Source: Bacteriovoracaceae bacterium (GTDB lineage Bacteria; Bdellovibrionota; Bacteriovoracia; Bacteriovoracales; Bacteriovoracaceae). Taken from it: 64,000 bases of DNA. The notes below the pieces were generated by a model. The model did not search any database. It saw only the letters and a list, made by a program, of their open reading frames with translations, and was not told the origin of the DNA. Positions within the stretch are counted from its first letter, which is position 1; each line of letters opens with the position of its first letter. This document shows, piece by piece, positions 21,032 through 31,550 of this stretch. The position numbers and the translations under genes are program-made. The DNA is taken from contig CBDEVA010000007.1 of NCBI GenBank assembly GCA_965243505.1, forward strand, positions 206,188 to 270,187, written 5' to 3'.

Positions 21032-22033
21032 ATGAAAATATGTTCATTCACAAATAAAAACTTTTACAATGTAACTCCCAGATTAGGCTTAATTACAGAG
21101 GATAATATAGTTATAGATTTAAATTTATCTCTAGCATGTGAATATCAAAGGGTTGGCCTATATAATTATATAGAGAGAGCAAATTATATATTACCATCAT
21201 CATTGCATAAAGTTCTTACTCTAAGTGAAGATCCTATTGAACAAATAGAAAAAGGATATTCCTCTTACTTATTTCTAAAAAAAATAGGTATAAATAAAAT
21301 GAAAGATGGAACACCTATTTGCTTTGATATAAAAGAAATAAATTTAAAAGCACCTTTAGACCAGATTACATCTTATAGAGATTTTTTTACTCACGAAAAA
21401 CATGTAAAGAGTGGATTTGATAGAAGAAAAGAACCCATACCACCAGCTTGGTATGAAATGCCTGTATATTATAAAGGAGCGACATCTTGTTTTATAGGTC
21501 CAGATGAAAAAGTAAAATGGCCAAATTATACTGACCATTTAGACTATGAACTAGAAATAGCAACAATTATCTCTAAAGATGGAATAAATATTAAAAAAGA
21601 AAATGCTTCTGATTATATTTTTGGTTTTACAATCTTAAATGATATCTCTGCTAGAGATATACAAAAAAAAGAAATGTCTATTAGATTAGGACCCTCTAAA
21701 GGAAAAGATTTTTGTTCTGTTATTGGACCTGTAATTGTAACCTATGATGAATTTGACTTTAAAGAACCTAATTTATTAATGACAGCAAAAGTTAATGGCA
21801 CAGAGTGGTCTAGAGGGTATAGTGGAGATGCAAAATATAATGTATGTGAAATGATTGAATTTGCATCAATGGGAGATTGGATAAGAGCTGGAGATTTATT
21901 AGGAAGTGGTACTGTCGGAACAGGTTGTGGCATTGAGTTAAACAAAAAAATTAAAGAAAATGACGTAATAGAGCTAACTATAGAAAAAATAGGAACTCTT
22001 AAAAACACAATTAATTCAAAGGAAAAGATATAA
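21032..22033 (+). CDS. fumarylacetoacetate hydrolase (FAH) family protein
   Basis: FAH-family pattern HLDYELEIATIISKDG and GDLLGSGTVG. Adjacent to the hmgA-like gene. Confidence 0.7.
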   Translation: MKICSFTNKNFYNVTPRLGLITEDNIVIDLNLSLACEYQRVGLYNYIERANYILPSSLHKVLTLSEDPIEQIEKGYSSYLFLKKIGINKMKDGTPICFDIKEINLKAPLDQITSYRDFFTHEKHVKSGFDRRKEPIPPAWYEMPVYYKGATSCFIGPDEKVKWPNYTDHLDYELEIATIISKDGINIKKENASDYIFGFTILNDISARDIQKKEMSIRLGPSKGKDFCSVIGPVIVTYDEFDFKEPNLLMTAKVNGTEWSRGYSGDAKYNVCEMIEFASMGDWIRAGDLLGSGTVGTGCGIELNKKIKENDVIELTIEKIGTLKNTINSKEKI

Positions 22034-23115
22034 TGGAAAATTTTAAATCTAGTGGAAAATATACTAAGCAAGCCCATGTAAATATACCAGAAGGGTTATA
22101 CGAGGAAGAACATGGTAGGGATGGATTTTTTGGAAGGGTCAGTCATATATATCATGAAAATCCTCCAGTTGCTTGGACAAATATCGAAGGAGAACTAAAA
22201 CCAAGGAATTTACCTAATTGCTTTAATAAGGTAACAAAGGAAATTCCTGTTCTATATAATAATGACTTAATAATAAATCTAATTAACTATAAAAATACAT
22301 ATGAAGATTTTTATAGAAATGCTGATTTTGATGAATTGTACTTTATACATAAAGGCAATGGAAGAATGGAAACTATCTATGGAGAATTAAACTGTAAAGA
22401 AGGAGATTATATCATTGTACCTAGAGGTACTACATATAAATTATTTATTAAAAACCCAATAATAGGATTAAAGGTTGAATCATCATCAGAATTTGAAGAT
22501 CCATCTAGGGGAATCCTAGGGCCTAATGCTTTATATGATCAAACAGCTATCGAAACTCCAACTGCTAGTCAGGGTTCAGAACAAGATAAAAAACAGTACA
22601 AAGTTAATATAAAAAGATTAGGTAAAATTACAACAGTAACTTACCCATTTAACCCTCTTGATGCCCATGGCTGGAAAGGTTCTGTCTATCCTAGAAAAAT
22701 ATCTATATATGATTATTGTCCAATTATGAGTCATAGATACCATATGCCTCCTTCAGCACATACAACATTTAAATGCAAAAATTTTGTAGTATGTTCATTT
22801 GTAAAAAGACCTCTTGAAGATGATAAGCATGGAGTATTAAAAGTTCCTTTTTATCATTCTAATATAGATTATGATGAAGTCTTGTTTTACCACGATGGTG
22901 ATTTTTTTAGCCGTGATGATATAAAGGCAGGAGATATAACTTTTCATCCTCAAGGCATACATCATGGCCCACACCCGAAAGCTTTTAAAAATTCAAAGGA
23001 AAAATTATATACTAATGAATATGCAGTAATGATAGATGCCCGTTATCCTTTAAAAACATCAGATTTTTTTGAAAGTAATGAAAATAACATATATTGGAAA
23101 AGTTGGATGAAGTAA
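22033..23115 (+). CDS. hmgA: homogentisate 1,2-dioxygenase (short form)
   Basis: Cupin core FYRNADFDELYFIHKGNGRMETIYGEL...GDYIIVPRGTTYK, then FYHSNIDYDEVLFYH and FHPQGIHHGPHP. Confidence 0.65.
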   Translation: MENFKSSGKYTKQAHVNIPEGLYEEEHGRDGFFGRVSHIYHENPPVAWTNIEGELKPRNLPNCFNKVTKEIPVLYNNDLIINLINYKNTYEDFYRNADFDELYFIHKGNGRMETIYGELNCKEGDYIIVPRGTTYKLFIKNPIIGLKVESSSEFEDPSRGILGPNALYDQTAIETPTASQGSEQDKKQYKVNIKRLGKITTVTYPFNPLDAHGWKGSVYPRKISIYDYCPIMSHRYHMPPSAHTTFKCKNFVVCSFVKRPLEDDKHGVLKVPFYHSNIDYDEVLFYHDGDFFSRDDIKAGDITFHPQGIHHGPHPKAFKNSKEKLYTNEYAVMIDARYPLKTSDFFESNENNIYWKSWMK

Positions 23116-23747
23116 TGTTAAGTTTTAATACAAATATAGATTTTAAAAACAATTATAAATATCTTATAGGTTCAATTATACCAAGACCAATAGCAATAGT
23201 ATCTACTATAAATAAAGACGGTAGTAATAATATAGCACCATTCTCATTTTTCACAGCAGTAAGTGCAAAACCCATGATTATAGCATTTTCTCCACTAATT
23301 AGGACTTCTACTGGAAAATTAAAAGACACACCTACAAATATATTAAGAGAAAAAGAATTTGTAATAAATATTATAACAGAAGAGATATCAGAAAAAATAA
23401 ATAAATGTTCTACTGAACTTCCTTATGGAGAAGATGAATTTAAATTTGCTGATTTAACTCCAATTGATTCAGAAAGAGTCAAAGCAAAAAGATTAAAAGA
23501 AAGTCCAATTCACTTTGAATGTAAATTTAGAGATAGCCTAAACTATGGTGATGAATCTGGCAGTGGACAAATTATTACAGGAGAAGTAGTGAAGGTACAT
23601 ATAAGCCCCGAAGTATACGATCAAGAAAATGAAAGGATTATTACTAAAAAATTAGCTCCAGTTGGAAGAGGGGCTGGAAATGATTGGATTAAATGTAATA
23701 ATATATTTCAATTAGAAAGATTAATGAAAGCTAAGATACAAAAATAG
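23094..23747 (+). CDS. flavin reductase-like FMN-binding protein
   Basis: PRPIAIVSTINKDGSNNIAPFSFF motif. Start may be the ATG at 23115, overlapping the hmgA stop as TAATG. Confidence 0.6.
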   Translation: MEKLDEVMLSFNTNIDFKNNYKYLIGSIIPRPIAIVSTINKDGSNNIAPFSFFTAVSAKPMIIAFSPLIRTSTGKLKDTPTNILREKEFVINIITEEISEKINKCSTELPYGEDEFKFADLTPIDSERVKAKRLKESPIHFECKFRDSLNYGDESGSGQIITGEVVKVHISPEVYDQENERIITKKLAPVGRGAGNDWIKCNNIFQLERLMKAKIQK

Positions 23748-23750
23748 AAA

Positions 23751-25040
23751 TTAAGCTTCTTTAATATTAACCATCTCAAACATCTTATTAAAAATAATTT
23801 CTTCTTTTAAACTTGCTAAAAAATTTCTTTTAATATCAGGTTTCTCTAAATAATATTCTCTAACTTTTTCTAAAGAAAGATTAGATTTTTTTGATATACT
23901 AGAAAGCTTTTTATTAATATCTTCCTCTTGAACTGAAATATCGTACTTGTTTGATATATAATTTAATATAAGACCAACTCTTACTTGATTTTCTGCTTTT
24001 TTATCTAAGTCCTCACCCCACTTTTTAAAATAGTCATCTATCATATCATTATTAAAACCTTGTCTTGTTAAGAGGTTTTCCATATCTTTTTTAAGATATT
24101 CTTTCTGCTTATCAACCATAGTTGTAGGAATAGAAAAATTATTATCAGCAATAATTTTATCTAGTAATTGTTGTTTTAAATCATTTTCAACTTCAACATT
24201 TTTCTGTTCTAATAATCTATTTTCACTTTCTTTTAATAGATCATCTTTTGATTTAAAATCAAGTTCAGTTGCTAAACTATCCGTCAATTTAGGATATGTT
24301 TTTTCTTTTATTTCTAATATTTCGACTTCAAATGTAGCACCTCGTGATTTTAATTCATTGTTAAAATAATCATCAGGAAATTTAACATCAAATGATTTTT
24401 TATCTCCTTTTTTCATACCTATTAAATTCTCTTCAAAACCTTGAATAAAACGTTTTGATCCCACTTCTAGCAAAGAATCATTATCAGACATACCATCTAG
24501 TTGCTTTCCATCGTCACGTTTGCCGTTATAATTTATAACAACAAAGTTTCCATTTACTATAGTATGATTTTCATTTTTAATTTCTTGCATAACAGATTTT
24601 GATTCAAGATAACTTTTAACTAATCTATCAACCTCATCCTTTGAAACTTTAGCTTTTTTCTTTTTAATAGAAATATTACTAATATCTTTTAAAGAAAATA
24701 CTGGAAAAACTTCCACTAAAGCATCAAAAGATATCAACTTATTTGGCTCATATTTCAAATTTTCAAATTTTGGATATCCAACAACTTTTAGTTTCTCCTT
24801 ATTGATTGCATCAAGGAATCTATTTCTAATATAACTATCTATAGCGTTAGCTTGTATTTTGTGATTATAAGTCTTTTTAATTAAGTCCAATGGTGCCTTG
24901 CCTTTTCTAAATCCTTTTAAATTAGCACTCTTTTGAATTTTTAAAACTTCCTCATTTATTTCAGAGTCCATATTTAAGTCAGTAAAATTAAATATAAATT
25001 TCTTTGTACATTCATTAATATCTTCAATCTTATAATCCAT
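23751..25040 (-). CDS. tig: trigger factor
   Basis: GFRKGKAP signature, central FKBP-like region, 429 aa. Confidence 0.9.
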   Translation of the reverse strand: MDYKIEDINECTKKFIFNFTDLNMDSEINEEVLKIQKSANLKGFRKGKAPLDLIKKTYNHKIQANAIDSYIRNRFLDAINKEKLKVVGYPKFENLKYEPNKLISFDALVEVFPVFSLKDISNISIKKKKAKVSKDEVDRLVKSYLESKSVMQEIKNENHTIVNGNFVVINYNGKRDDGKQLDGMSDNDSLLEVGSKRFIQGFEENLIGMKKGDKKSFDVKFPDDYFNNELKSRGATFEVEILEIKEKTYPKLTDSLATELDFKSKDDLLKESENRLLEQKNVEVENDLKQQLLDKIIADNNFSIPTTMVDKQKEYLKKDMENLLTRQGFNNDMIDDYFKKWGEDLDKKAENQVRVGLILNYISNKYDISVQEEDINKKLSSISKKSNLSLEKVREYYLEKPDIKRNFLASLKEEIIFNKMFEMVNIKEA

Positions 25041-25213
25041 CTAAAAATCCTCACTTAAAACTATGATAATGTGATAAACAAAATAATTTTCCAAACTTAG
25101 ATGGTTTGACTCAAAAAGTCAATAATAACTGCATACCTTACAAAAGGTGGAATAAGTGATAAAAAACTTGTAAAAACAACTCTTTATAAGAGGATTCTCT
25201 ACTAAGGACTTAC

Positions 25214-25498
25214 TTATATATGGATATTTAACCCCAAATCAGTTAGCTTTTTAGAATCAAGCTCTGTCATTGGACGATACCCTTTATCTAGCAAATACTT
25301 TGCATAATGACTATTAATGAAAAAGGGAAATACAAAATGAGTAAATTCACAGGTGAATATATTAGAGATAAATATGGCAATTGCATAAAAAACCCATCCT
25401 CTAAATAAAGGGATAAGAAGTCCAAAAATTAGAGTTGTAAAACTAAAACCTTCAGGAATTTTCTTAATAAAACCACTAGGATGTTTTAAATAAATCAT
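25214..25498 (-). CDS. small membrane protein
   Basis: Two hydrophobic helices. No known motif. Confidence 0.3.
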   Translation of the reverse strand: MIYLKHPSGFIKKIPEGFSFTTLIFGLLIPLFRGWVFYAIAIFISNIFTCEFTHFVFPFFINSHYAKYLLDKGYRPMTELDSKKLTDLGLNIHI

Positions 25499-25555
25499 TA
25501 AATATCTTATCGGAAAAATATAAAAAAGTTTAATTTTATTAAATAATTATTAAGC

Positions 25556-26332
25556 TTAATCAATATAATGAACTTTTAATAAATATAGCCCTTGAGAAGG
25601 AACAACAATCCCTAGTTTTTTGTCAATATGTTTTCCATCCAAAGAATTTGCTAACTCATCTAAAGAGACTTTTCTAATACCAACATTAAATAATGTTCCC
25701 ATAATTAATCTAACCATTTGCTTTAAAAATCCATTTCCACTAATAAAAAGCATTTTGCATGAATAAGAATATCCAGGAGAAGAGATAATTTTATCTTCTA
25801 TTTTACATTCAAATATTTCTCTAATAGTAGTTGATACATCTGATCCCAAAGTATAATAATTTAAAAAATCTTTTTTTCCAATAAAGTACTTGCAAGCTTC
25901 ATTAACTAAACTAAAATCTATGTCCATATTGTGAAAATAGATATAATCTTTTGCAAAAGGATTTTTAATAATATCATTTAAAAAAAAATAGCCATAGTCT
26001 TTTTTTATAGCGTTAATAATAGGATTAAATTTAGTAGAGCAGATTTTACACGATGTAATTCTAATATCTTCATCTAGAAAACTATTTAAAGCATTTTTTA
26101 AAGAATGTTCTTCTAATTTAATAGGTATATCTATTCTACATATTTGCTCTAAAGCATGAACTCCAGCATCAGTTCTACTTGCTCCCAAGACTTTAAAAGT
26201 ATTTGATTTTAAAACTTTCTCTAGAGAGCTATGAATATTTCCTTGAATAGTAGGTATTTCCTTTTTTTGAACTTGCCATCCATTAAACTTAGTTCCTTTA
26301 TATTGCAAAGTAACTTTATAATTAAATTTCAT
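25556..26332 (-). CDS. truA: tRNA pseudouridine(38-40) synthase
   Basis: GASRTDAGVHA catalytic motif, 258 aa. Confidence 0.9.
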   Translation of the reverse strand: MKFNYKVTLQYKGTKFNGWQVQKKEIPTIQGNIHSSLEKVLKSNTFKVLGASRTDAGVHALEQICRIDIPIKLEEHSLKNALNSFLDEDIRITSCKICSTKFNPIINAIKKDYGYFFLNDIIKNPFAKDYIYFHNMDIDFSLVNEACKYFIGKKDFLNYYTLGSDVSTTIREIFECKIEDKIISSPGYSYSCKMLFISGNGFLKQMVRLIMGTLFNVGIRKVSLDELANSLDGKHIDKKLGIVVPSQGLYLLKVHYID

Positions 26333-26337
26333 ATTAA

Positions 26338-27312
26338 TTAAATATATTCAAAAGAAAAGCCAATTATATAAGAATGACCTTTTATAGATAAATCATCATT
26401 AAAATTTTCAAACTGTTGATATCTTACACCTAGATTAAGATAAAAGTTAGTAACATTATAATCATACATTACATCCTTACCTGTAGATTTAAAAACCCTA
26501 GATATATTAGTTTTTAACTCACCCAAAGCAAAAGTACCATAACTAGATTGAATAATATTTTTCTTCTTATTACTATCATCAAGATCACTTCTGCCCTGGT
26601 ACAATATCATAATAGAGGGACCACCAGATATAGATAATTTAAAAAAATCATGTAATGGCAATTCTAATTTAGCAGAAAAATCAACAGGAATAGTCCATAA
26701 ATTTATGTAAACATCACTTATTTCTCTACTATTTACAAAAACAGTTCTTCCTCTATTAAAGCCAATACCAGTATTAATTCCTAGAGACATATTCACATAA
26801 CTTCTGAAAATATATTTATCAACTCCTAGATGTATTGTTCCAACCCTAGAGGAACCATCGCCATTTATAAATATATTTGTAAAATTTATATCACTTACAT
26901 CATAATTGTCCCTTGTATAGTAAAAATTTAAAGAATAATCTCCTGTATTATAAATAGCCCTTCTATCTTTTTTATAATCATATTCTATATAATTATCAGA
27001 CTTCCCCAATTTACCCATTGCTGAATAAGCAAAATTTCCTAACTGAGGTCTACTGTCATTTATAATTTTATTACCTTTTTTATTAATATCATCTTGGTCA
27101 GCCAGAAATTCGCTACTTAATTTATCCTTCATATGAGATTTATGTTCCTTAACATTAGGCAAATGAATTACTTCTGATTTTTTACTTTCTTTAAAGTTTT
27201 TATGAACTTCAGTTATATCTCCAGGAACTGTATAAATCCTTTTCCTAGGTGTACTACAAGAATAAAATAATAAAATAATTAAAAGTAAATTACTCTTTCC
27301 AAATTGCTTCAC
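26338..27312 (-). CDS. putative lipoprotein / OM beta-barrel protein
   Basis: Lipobox-like LLFYSC. Beta-rich C-terminal half ending GFSFEYI. Confidence 0.4.
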   Translation of the reverse strand: MKQFGKSNLLLIILLFYSCSTPRKRIYTVPGDITEVHKNFKESKKSEVIHLPNVKEHKSHMKDKLSSEFLADQDDINKKGNKIINDSRPQLGNFAYSAMGKLGKSDNYIEYDYKKDRRAIYNTGDYSLNFYYTRDNYDVSDINFTNIFINGDGSSRVGTIHLGVDKYIFRSYVNMSLGINTGIGFNRGRTVFVNSREISDVYINLWTIPVDFSAKLELPLHDFFKLSISGGPSIMILYQGRSDLDDSNKKKNIIQSSYGTFALGELKTNISRVFKSTGKDVMYDYNVTNFYLNLGVRYQQFENFNDDLSIKGHSYIIGFSFEYI

Positions 27313-28015
27313 TTAATTTTCTCCTATTAAAAAATAGATACAGCAAAGATATTAATACATATAAATTAATAATAATAAATATAATAAATTTATGAAATAA
27401 AAATACTAGTATAAAAATAGTAAATATAATTAATAACACTGCTTTTTTATGCTCTCTAACCCAATTAGAATCCTTAAAAGAGCAAAATGGGATATTGGAA
27501 ATCATCAAAAATGAATAAATAGGAATATATATTAAAAATACATATGGATAAGGTTTTAAAATATAGTAATTATCATATATTAAACTAACTCCAACTAATG
27601 CCATTGCAGCACTTGGAATAGGAAGGCCCTGAAAGAAATTATAATTAATTTTATCTATATTAGTATTAAACCTAGCTAATCTAAGTGCTCCACAAAGAAG
27701 GTAGAAAAAAGCTATAGCTGCTCCAAACTTTCCATAGCTATGTAATAACTGAAAGTAAACTAATAAACAGGGAGCAACACCAAAAGAAATCATGTCACTC
27801 ATAGAATCAAATTGTTCACCAAAGTGCGACTCAGCTTCAATAAGTCTAGCTATTTTTCCATCAAATGAATCAAATATTAAAGCTAAAAATAATAACAAAG
27901 ATGCCGTAAGATAATTCCCTGACCAAGCAGTTACTATTGATGCAAACCCACAAGCTACATTTAAAGCAGTAAAAATACTTGGAAGAAAAAATAATAATTT
28001 TCTAGAATTATTCAT
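27290..28015 (-). CDS. pssA: CDP-diacylglycerol--serine O-phosphatidyltransferase
   Basis: CDP-alcohol phosphatidyltransferase motif DSFDGKIARLIEAESHFGEQFDSMSD. Confidence 0.85.
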   Translation of the reverse strand: MNNSRKLLFFLPSIFTALNVACGFASIVTAWSGNYLTASLLLFLALIFDSFDGKIARLIEAESHFGEQFDSMSDMISFGVAPCLLVYFQLLHSYGKFGAAIAFFYLLCGALRLARFNTNIDKINYNFFQGLPIPSAAMALVGVSLIYDNYYILKPYPYVFLIYIPIYSFLMISNIPFCSFKDSNWVREHKKAVLLIIFTIFILVFLFHKFIIFIIINLYVLISLLYLFFNRRKLSEAIWKE

Positions 28016-28593
28016 ACTCTTTTAGCAATCAAAGTATCTGCTGATTTTACTTTTTGATTACTTTCTACAAGTATCTCATAATTTTTAGGTAAATAAAGAC
28101 TTGTTTGAAAATATGGAATAAAATGGCCAATTCTAGCCTTAGCTTTACCTTTATCGCCCTGCGATACATACAAATTTTTCATAGAATTTAATATACTGTT
28201 TAGAGGATAAAATAAAATTATTTTTATGTCTTTATTTAAAGAAATAGTATATTCCGACTTTCTTTTAGCAATATTTATATGAACATCCATAATTTCACAG
28301 CTAAAGGGCAAGTACAAACCGCCCTCATCTAATAAATTATTATTAAATTTAATTTCATAACTACTATTATGTTCTATAACATCTAAAACCTTACCATCTA
28401 ATATAGAATAAATATTAACATCACTTGCATTTTCAACATATCTATTTACATATTTTCTATATAAAAAAAGCTCAACACCATAATATAAAACAAATAAAAC
28501 AAAAAAAGATAGAGGGGAAAGAATCCAAAGAATAAACAATATTATCCACCTATATATATGACTTTTAAAAGTCAAATAAGAAGAATATTTCAT
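28012..28593 (-). CDS. phosphatidylserine decarboxylase-related protein (non-canonical cleavage motif)
   Basis: Short membrane-anchored form with SILDGKV, next to pssA. The expected FGS(R/T)...LP proenzyme cleavage site reads YFQTSLYLP. Confidence 0.5.
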   Translation of the reverse strand: MKYSSYLTFKSHIYRWIILFILWILSPLSFFVLFVLYYGVELFLYRKYVNRYVENASDVNIYSILDGKVLDVIEHNSSYEIKFNNNLLDEGGLYLPFSCEIMDVHINIAKRKSEYTISLNKDIKIILFYPLNSILNSMKNLYVSQGDKGKAKARIGHFIPYFQTSLYLPKNYEILVESNQKVKSADTLIAKRV

Positions 28594-29183
28594 AATTTAA
28601 ATTCCTCTGTTATACTTCTATAATAAAAAGGTGTATATTTAACATTTTTTTGACAAATATTTTTTAAAATTTTATTAGGATTCTTCTTAATCATATCTAT
28701 AGTAGAAAATGACTTTTTATTTTCAATACTCTCTTTTAAAGAATATATATTGCAATTATAGTCATTATCTATAAATGTATTTTTGTTTAATAAAAACTTC
28801 TCATGGGAATTAGTATCCCATTTAAATACAAAAATTTCTCCCTTAAAGGCATTAGACGCCCAAATTCCACTATCAATGCCATTTAGACTGGGAATTTCAA
28901 AATGATAAAAATACTTAGTAGAAATATTTTTGAACTTAAAAATATGAGATATGCCTTCTGCTAAACGCAAACCTGTATATGATCCTGGTCCAGAGCATAT
29001 GATGATGCTATCAACATTGTTATAACTAATTTTATTATTATCAATAATCTCATGTATTAAACCATGTATAAATTGCGAACTTTTCCCTATAATATCATCC
29101 CTATAACAAATCCAATTAAATTGTTCATCTAATAGCCCAACAATAAGATCTTCTGAAGAATCGATAAAAATTTTATATTTCAT
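28590..29183 (-). CDS. tsaB: tRNA t6A biosynthesis protein TsaB
   Basis: SGPGSYTGLRLAEG motif, about 200 aa. Confidence 0.8.
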   Translation of the reverse strand: MKYKIFIDSSEDLIVGLLDEQFNWICYRDDIIGKSSQFIHGLIHEIIDNNKISYNNVDSIIICSGPGSYTGLRLAEGISHIFKFKNISTKYFYHFEIPSLNGIDSGIWASNAFKGEIFVFKWDTNSHEKFLLNKNTFIDNDYNCNIYSLKESIENKKSFSTIDMIKKNPNKILKNICQKNVKYTPFYYRSITEEFKL

Positions 29184-29191
29184 TTATTTAA

Positions 29192-30742
29192 TTAGAAAAA
29201 TCTAGTAACATCATTAAAAATTGCACCTATCATTAGCATTAAAAGAAAAGACAATCCTAATTGTTGTGCTATTTCCATTTTTCTTCTAGATAAGGGTTTT
29301 CTATTAATTATTTCTAATATTATAAACATAATATGCCCTCCATCTAAAATAGGAATAGGAAATAAATTAATTATTCCCAAATGAATAGAAATCAAGGCCA
29401 TTAATTCAAAAAAATAAGATAAACTAGTATTAAAAGAATCAGATGCCACTTTTCCAATAGCAAGAGGTCCTCCTATATTTCTAAAGGAAGTCTCTCCTAG
29501 TATTAATGTCTTAAAACTATTAATAGTTTTAACAATACCTTCCTTGGTCTTTGGAAAAGACACTAAAAAAGAGTTTACAAGCCCTTGAGATTCTAACTCT
29601 ATAAATTTAGCTCTTAAGTACTCCCCTGCACTATATACGCCAATTATTTTAACTTTCTTTTTATTTCTAGTTACCTCATCTGGTGTTAAAGAAAAATTTA
29701 ACAACTTGCCATTTCTTAAAATACCTAAAGTTATAGATCCTTTACTTTTTTCTAGACGACCTCTAATTTGATAAAAGCTATATATATTATTTCCATCAAT
29801 TGAAGTAATAATATCACCGCCCTTAATACCAGATTTATCTGCGGCTGAACCCATGCTAACACTAGCAACAATGGTATCTAGACTGTAAAACCCATTACGG
29901 TTTAAAGGTTTCCAAAGATCATTCTTAATAGGTATTGAAATTGATTTTTTATCTACAACATAATCACTCTGATTATCTTTTTTATTAATTATTTTAAAAA
30001 GATATAATTTATTAACATCAACTTGTGATAATTCTTCAAGCGAGACATCTAAAGAGTATTTATCTTTATCTATAGATAATATATAATTATCACCTTTACT
30101 ATCTATAAGAATTGGCTTTCTTAATAATCTAGGATTACTCATAAGTTCTTTTAAAAAGATTTTTGCTACTAAATCTATATCTAATTTGATTTGCTTATCT
30201 CTTCTTTTAACAGTTACACTATTTATAAGAGCATTTTCTTCAAAAAGAACATCACTTAAGCCTACAATTTTTTTCCCATTTACTTTATAAAGGACATCTC
30301 CGGACAAAATACCTTTTTTAAAAAGAAGACTCTCTTTATAAATATGTCCTACCCTTATCTCTGGAACTCTTTGACCACCTAAAGCTAAAAAGAAAAATAA
30401 AAAAAATGCCAAAATAAAATTAGCTAGAGGCCCTCCAAATACAATCCAAAATCTGGCCCATTTACTCTTATGATTAAAGCTGTATTTTCGTTGACTGACG
30501 GGAATATTATCTTTTTCTAAAAGATCATCACCATACATTTTAATATATCCACCAAGCGGAATCAATGATATTGCATATTCTGTAAATCCTTTTTTTATCT
30601 TAAGTATTTTAGGACCAAAACCAATGGAAAATGTCTCAACTCTTACTCCAAATAGCCTAGCAAATAGATAATGTCCCAACTCATGAAAAAACACTAAAGG
30701 ACTTAAAAAACATATAAATATTAAAATTTTCTCAAAAAGCAT
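29192..30742 (-). CDS. rseP: RIP zinc metalloprotease RseP (M50) with PDZ domains
   Basis: HELGHY zinc motif near the N-terminus, central PDZ-like repeats, C-terminal NLFPIPILDGG. The ATG at 30742 is preferred over the track's 30775. Confidence 0.9.
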   Translation of the reverse strand: MLFEKILIFICFLSPLVFFHELGHYLFARLFGVRVETFSIGFGPKILKIKKGFTEYAISLIPLGGYIKMYGDDLLEKDNIPVSQRKYSFNHKSKWARFWIVFGGPLANFILAFFLFFFLALGGQRVPEIRVGHIYKESLLFKKGILSGDVLYKVNGKKIVGLSDVLFEENALINSVTVKRRDKQIKLDIDLVAKIFLKELMSNPRLLRKPILIDSKGDNYILSIDKDKYSLDVSLEELSQVDVNKLYLFKIINKKDNQSDYVVDKKSISIPIKNDLWKPLNRNGFYSLDTIVASVSMGSAADKSGIKGGDIITSIDGNNIYSFYQIRGRLEKSKGSITLGILRNGKLLNFSLTPDEVTRNKKKVKIIGVYSAGEYLRAKFIELESQGLVNSFLVSFPKTKEGIVKTINSFKTLILGETSFRNIGGPLAIGKVASDSFNTSLSYFFELMALISIHLGIINLFPIPILDGGHIMFIILEIINRKPLSRRKMEIAQQLGLSFLLMLMIGAIFNDVTRFF

Positions 30743-31550
30743 AATCAATAAAAATAGCAAAAAAAGGCATAACAAAAATTAAGCTATCAACTCTATCATA
30801 AAGGCCTCCATGTCCAGGTATCAAAGTAGAGCTATCTTTTATATTACAAAATCTCTTAAACTTTGATTGAGTCAAATCACCCAATTGAGCTATTACCCCA
30901 ATTATAATAAAAATTATTAAGTAAGAAAAATGAAAATTAATTCCTATTGCTAAATAAAACAAATAAGCCAAAAAAGCTCCGATTGCCAACCCTCCCAAAG
31001 AACCTTCAATAGTCTTGTTAGGGCTTATAGATTCCCATAATTTATGCTTGCCACATAATTTACCAACAAACCATGCCCCTGTATCAACTCCAAAGGTAAT
31101 TAAAAACATTAAGATTATCAAATACCCCCACATATCGCTACGAGAAAAGATCGTAAAAGAGCTTGCAAATGGAACACCAATAAATAATGGAATAAATAAA
31201 AATGAGTATTTTTTAATTACATCTATAAATAAAGTACTATTACGAATAAAAAATAAAAACAATAAATTTAAGAAAATAACAAATATGGACAGCGGTAAAA
31301 TATACAAATGAAGAAAATTGCTAAAAAGTGAAAAATATAAAATACCAATCAACATAAGTTGAGTAAATAAATACTCAATATGCTTATAATTTTTTCCTAA
31401 AAAATTTGTATAAATTTCATGGGACAAGGTAAGAACAACAAATATGGCTAATCCTTTAATATATGGCATTCCAATATAATAAAGTATAAAAATAATACCA
31501 AGAATAGCAACTGATGAAATAATTCTTTTAACTAATTCTGCATTTAGCAT
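30732..31550 (-). CDS. cdsA: phosphatidate cytidylyltransferase
   Basis: SKFKRFCNIKDSSTLIPGHGGLYDRVDS signature. Confidence 0.85.
   Translation of the reverse strand: MLNAELVKRIISSVAILGIIFILYYIGMPYIKGLAIFVVLTLSHEIYTNFLGKNYKHIEYLFTQLMLIGILYFSLFSNFLHLYILPLSIFVIFLNLLFLFFIRNSTLFIDVIKKYSFLFIPLFIGVPFASSFTIFSRSDMWGYLIILMFLITFGVDTGAWFVGKLCGKHKLWESISPNKTIEGSLGGLAIGAFLAYLFYLAIGINFHFSYLIIFIIIGVIAQLGDLTQSKFKRFCNIKDSSTLIPGHGGLYDRVDSLIFVMPFFAIFIDYAF

Noticed and set aside
30732-30775. Absence of dxr between cdsA and rseP, as a hint of a non-MEP isoprenoid pathway.
   Set aside because: Gene order varies between lineages, and dxr could be elsewhere. Nothing in the window bears on this.
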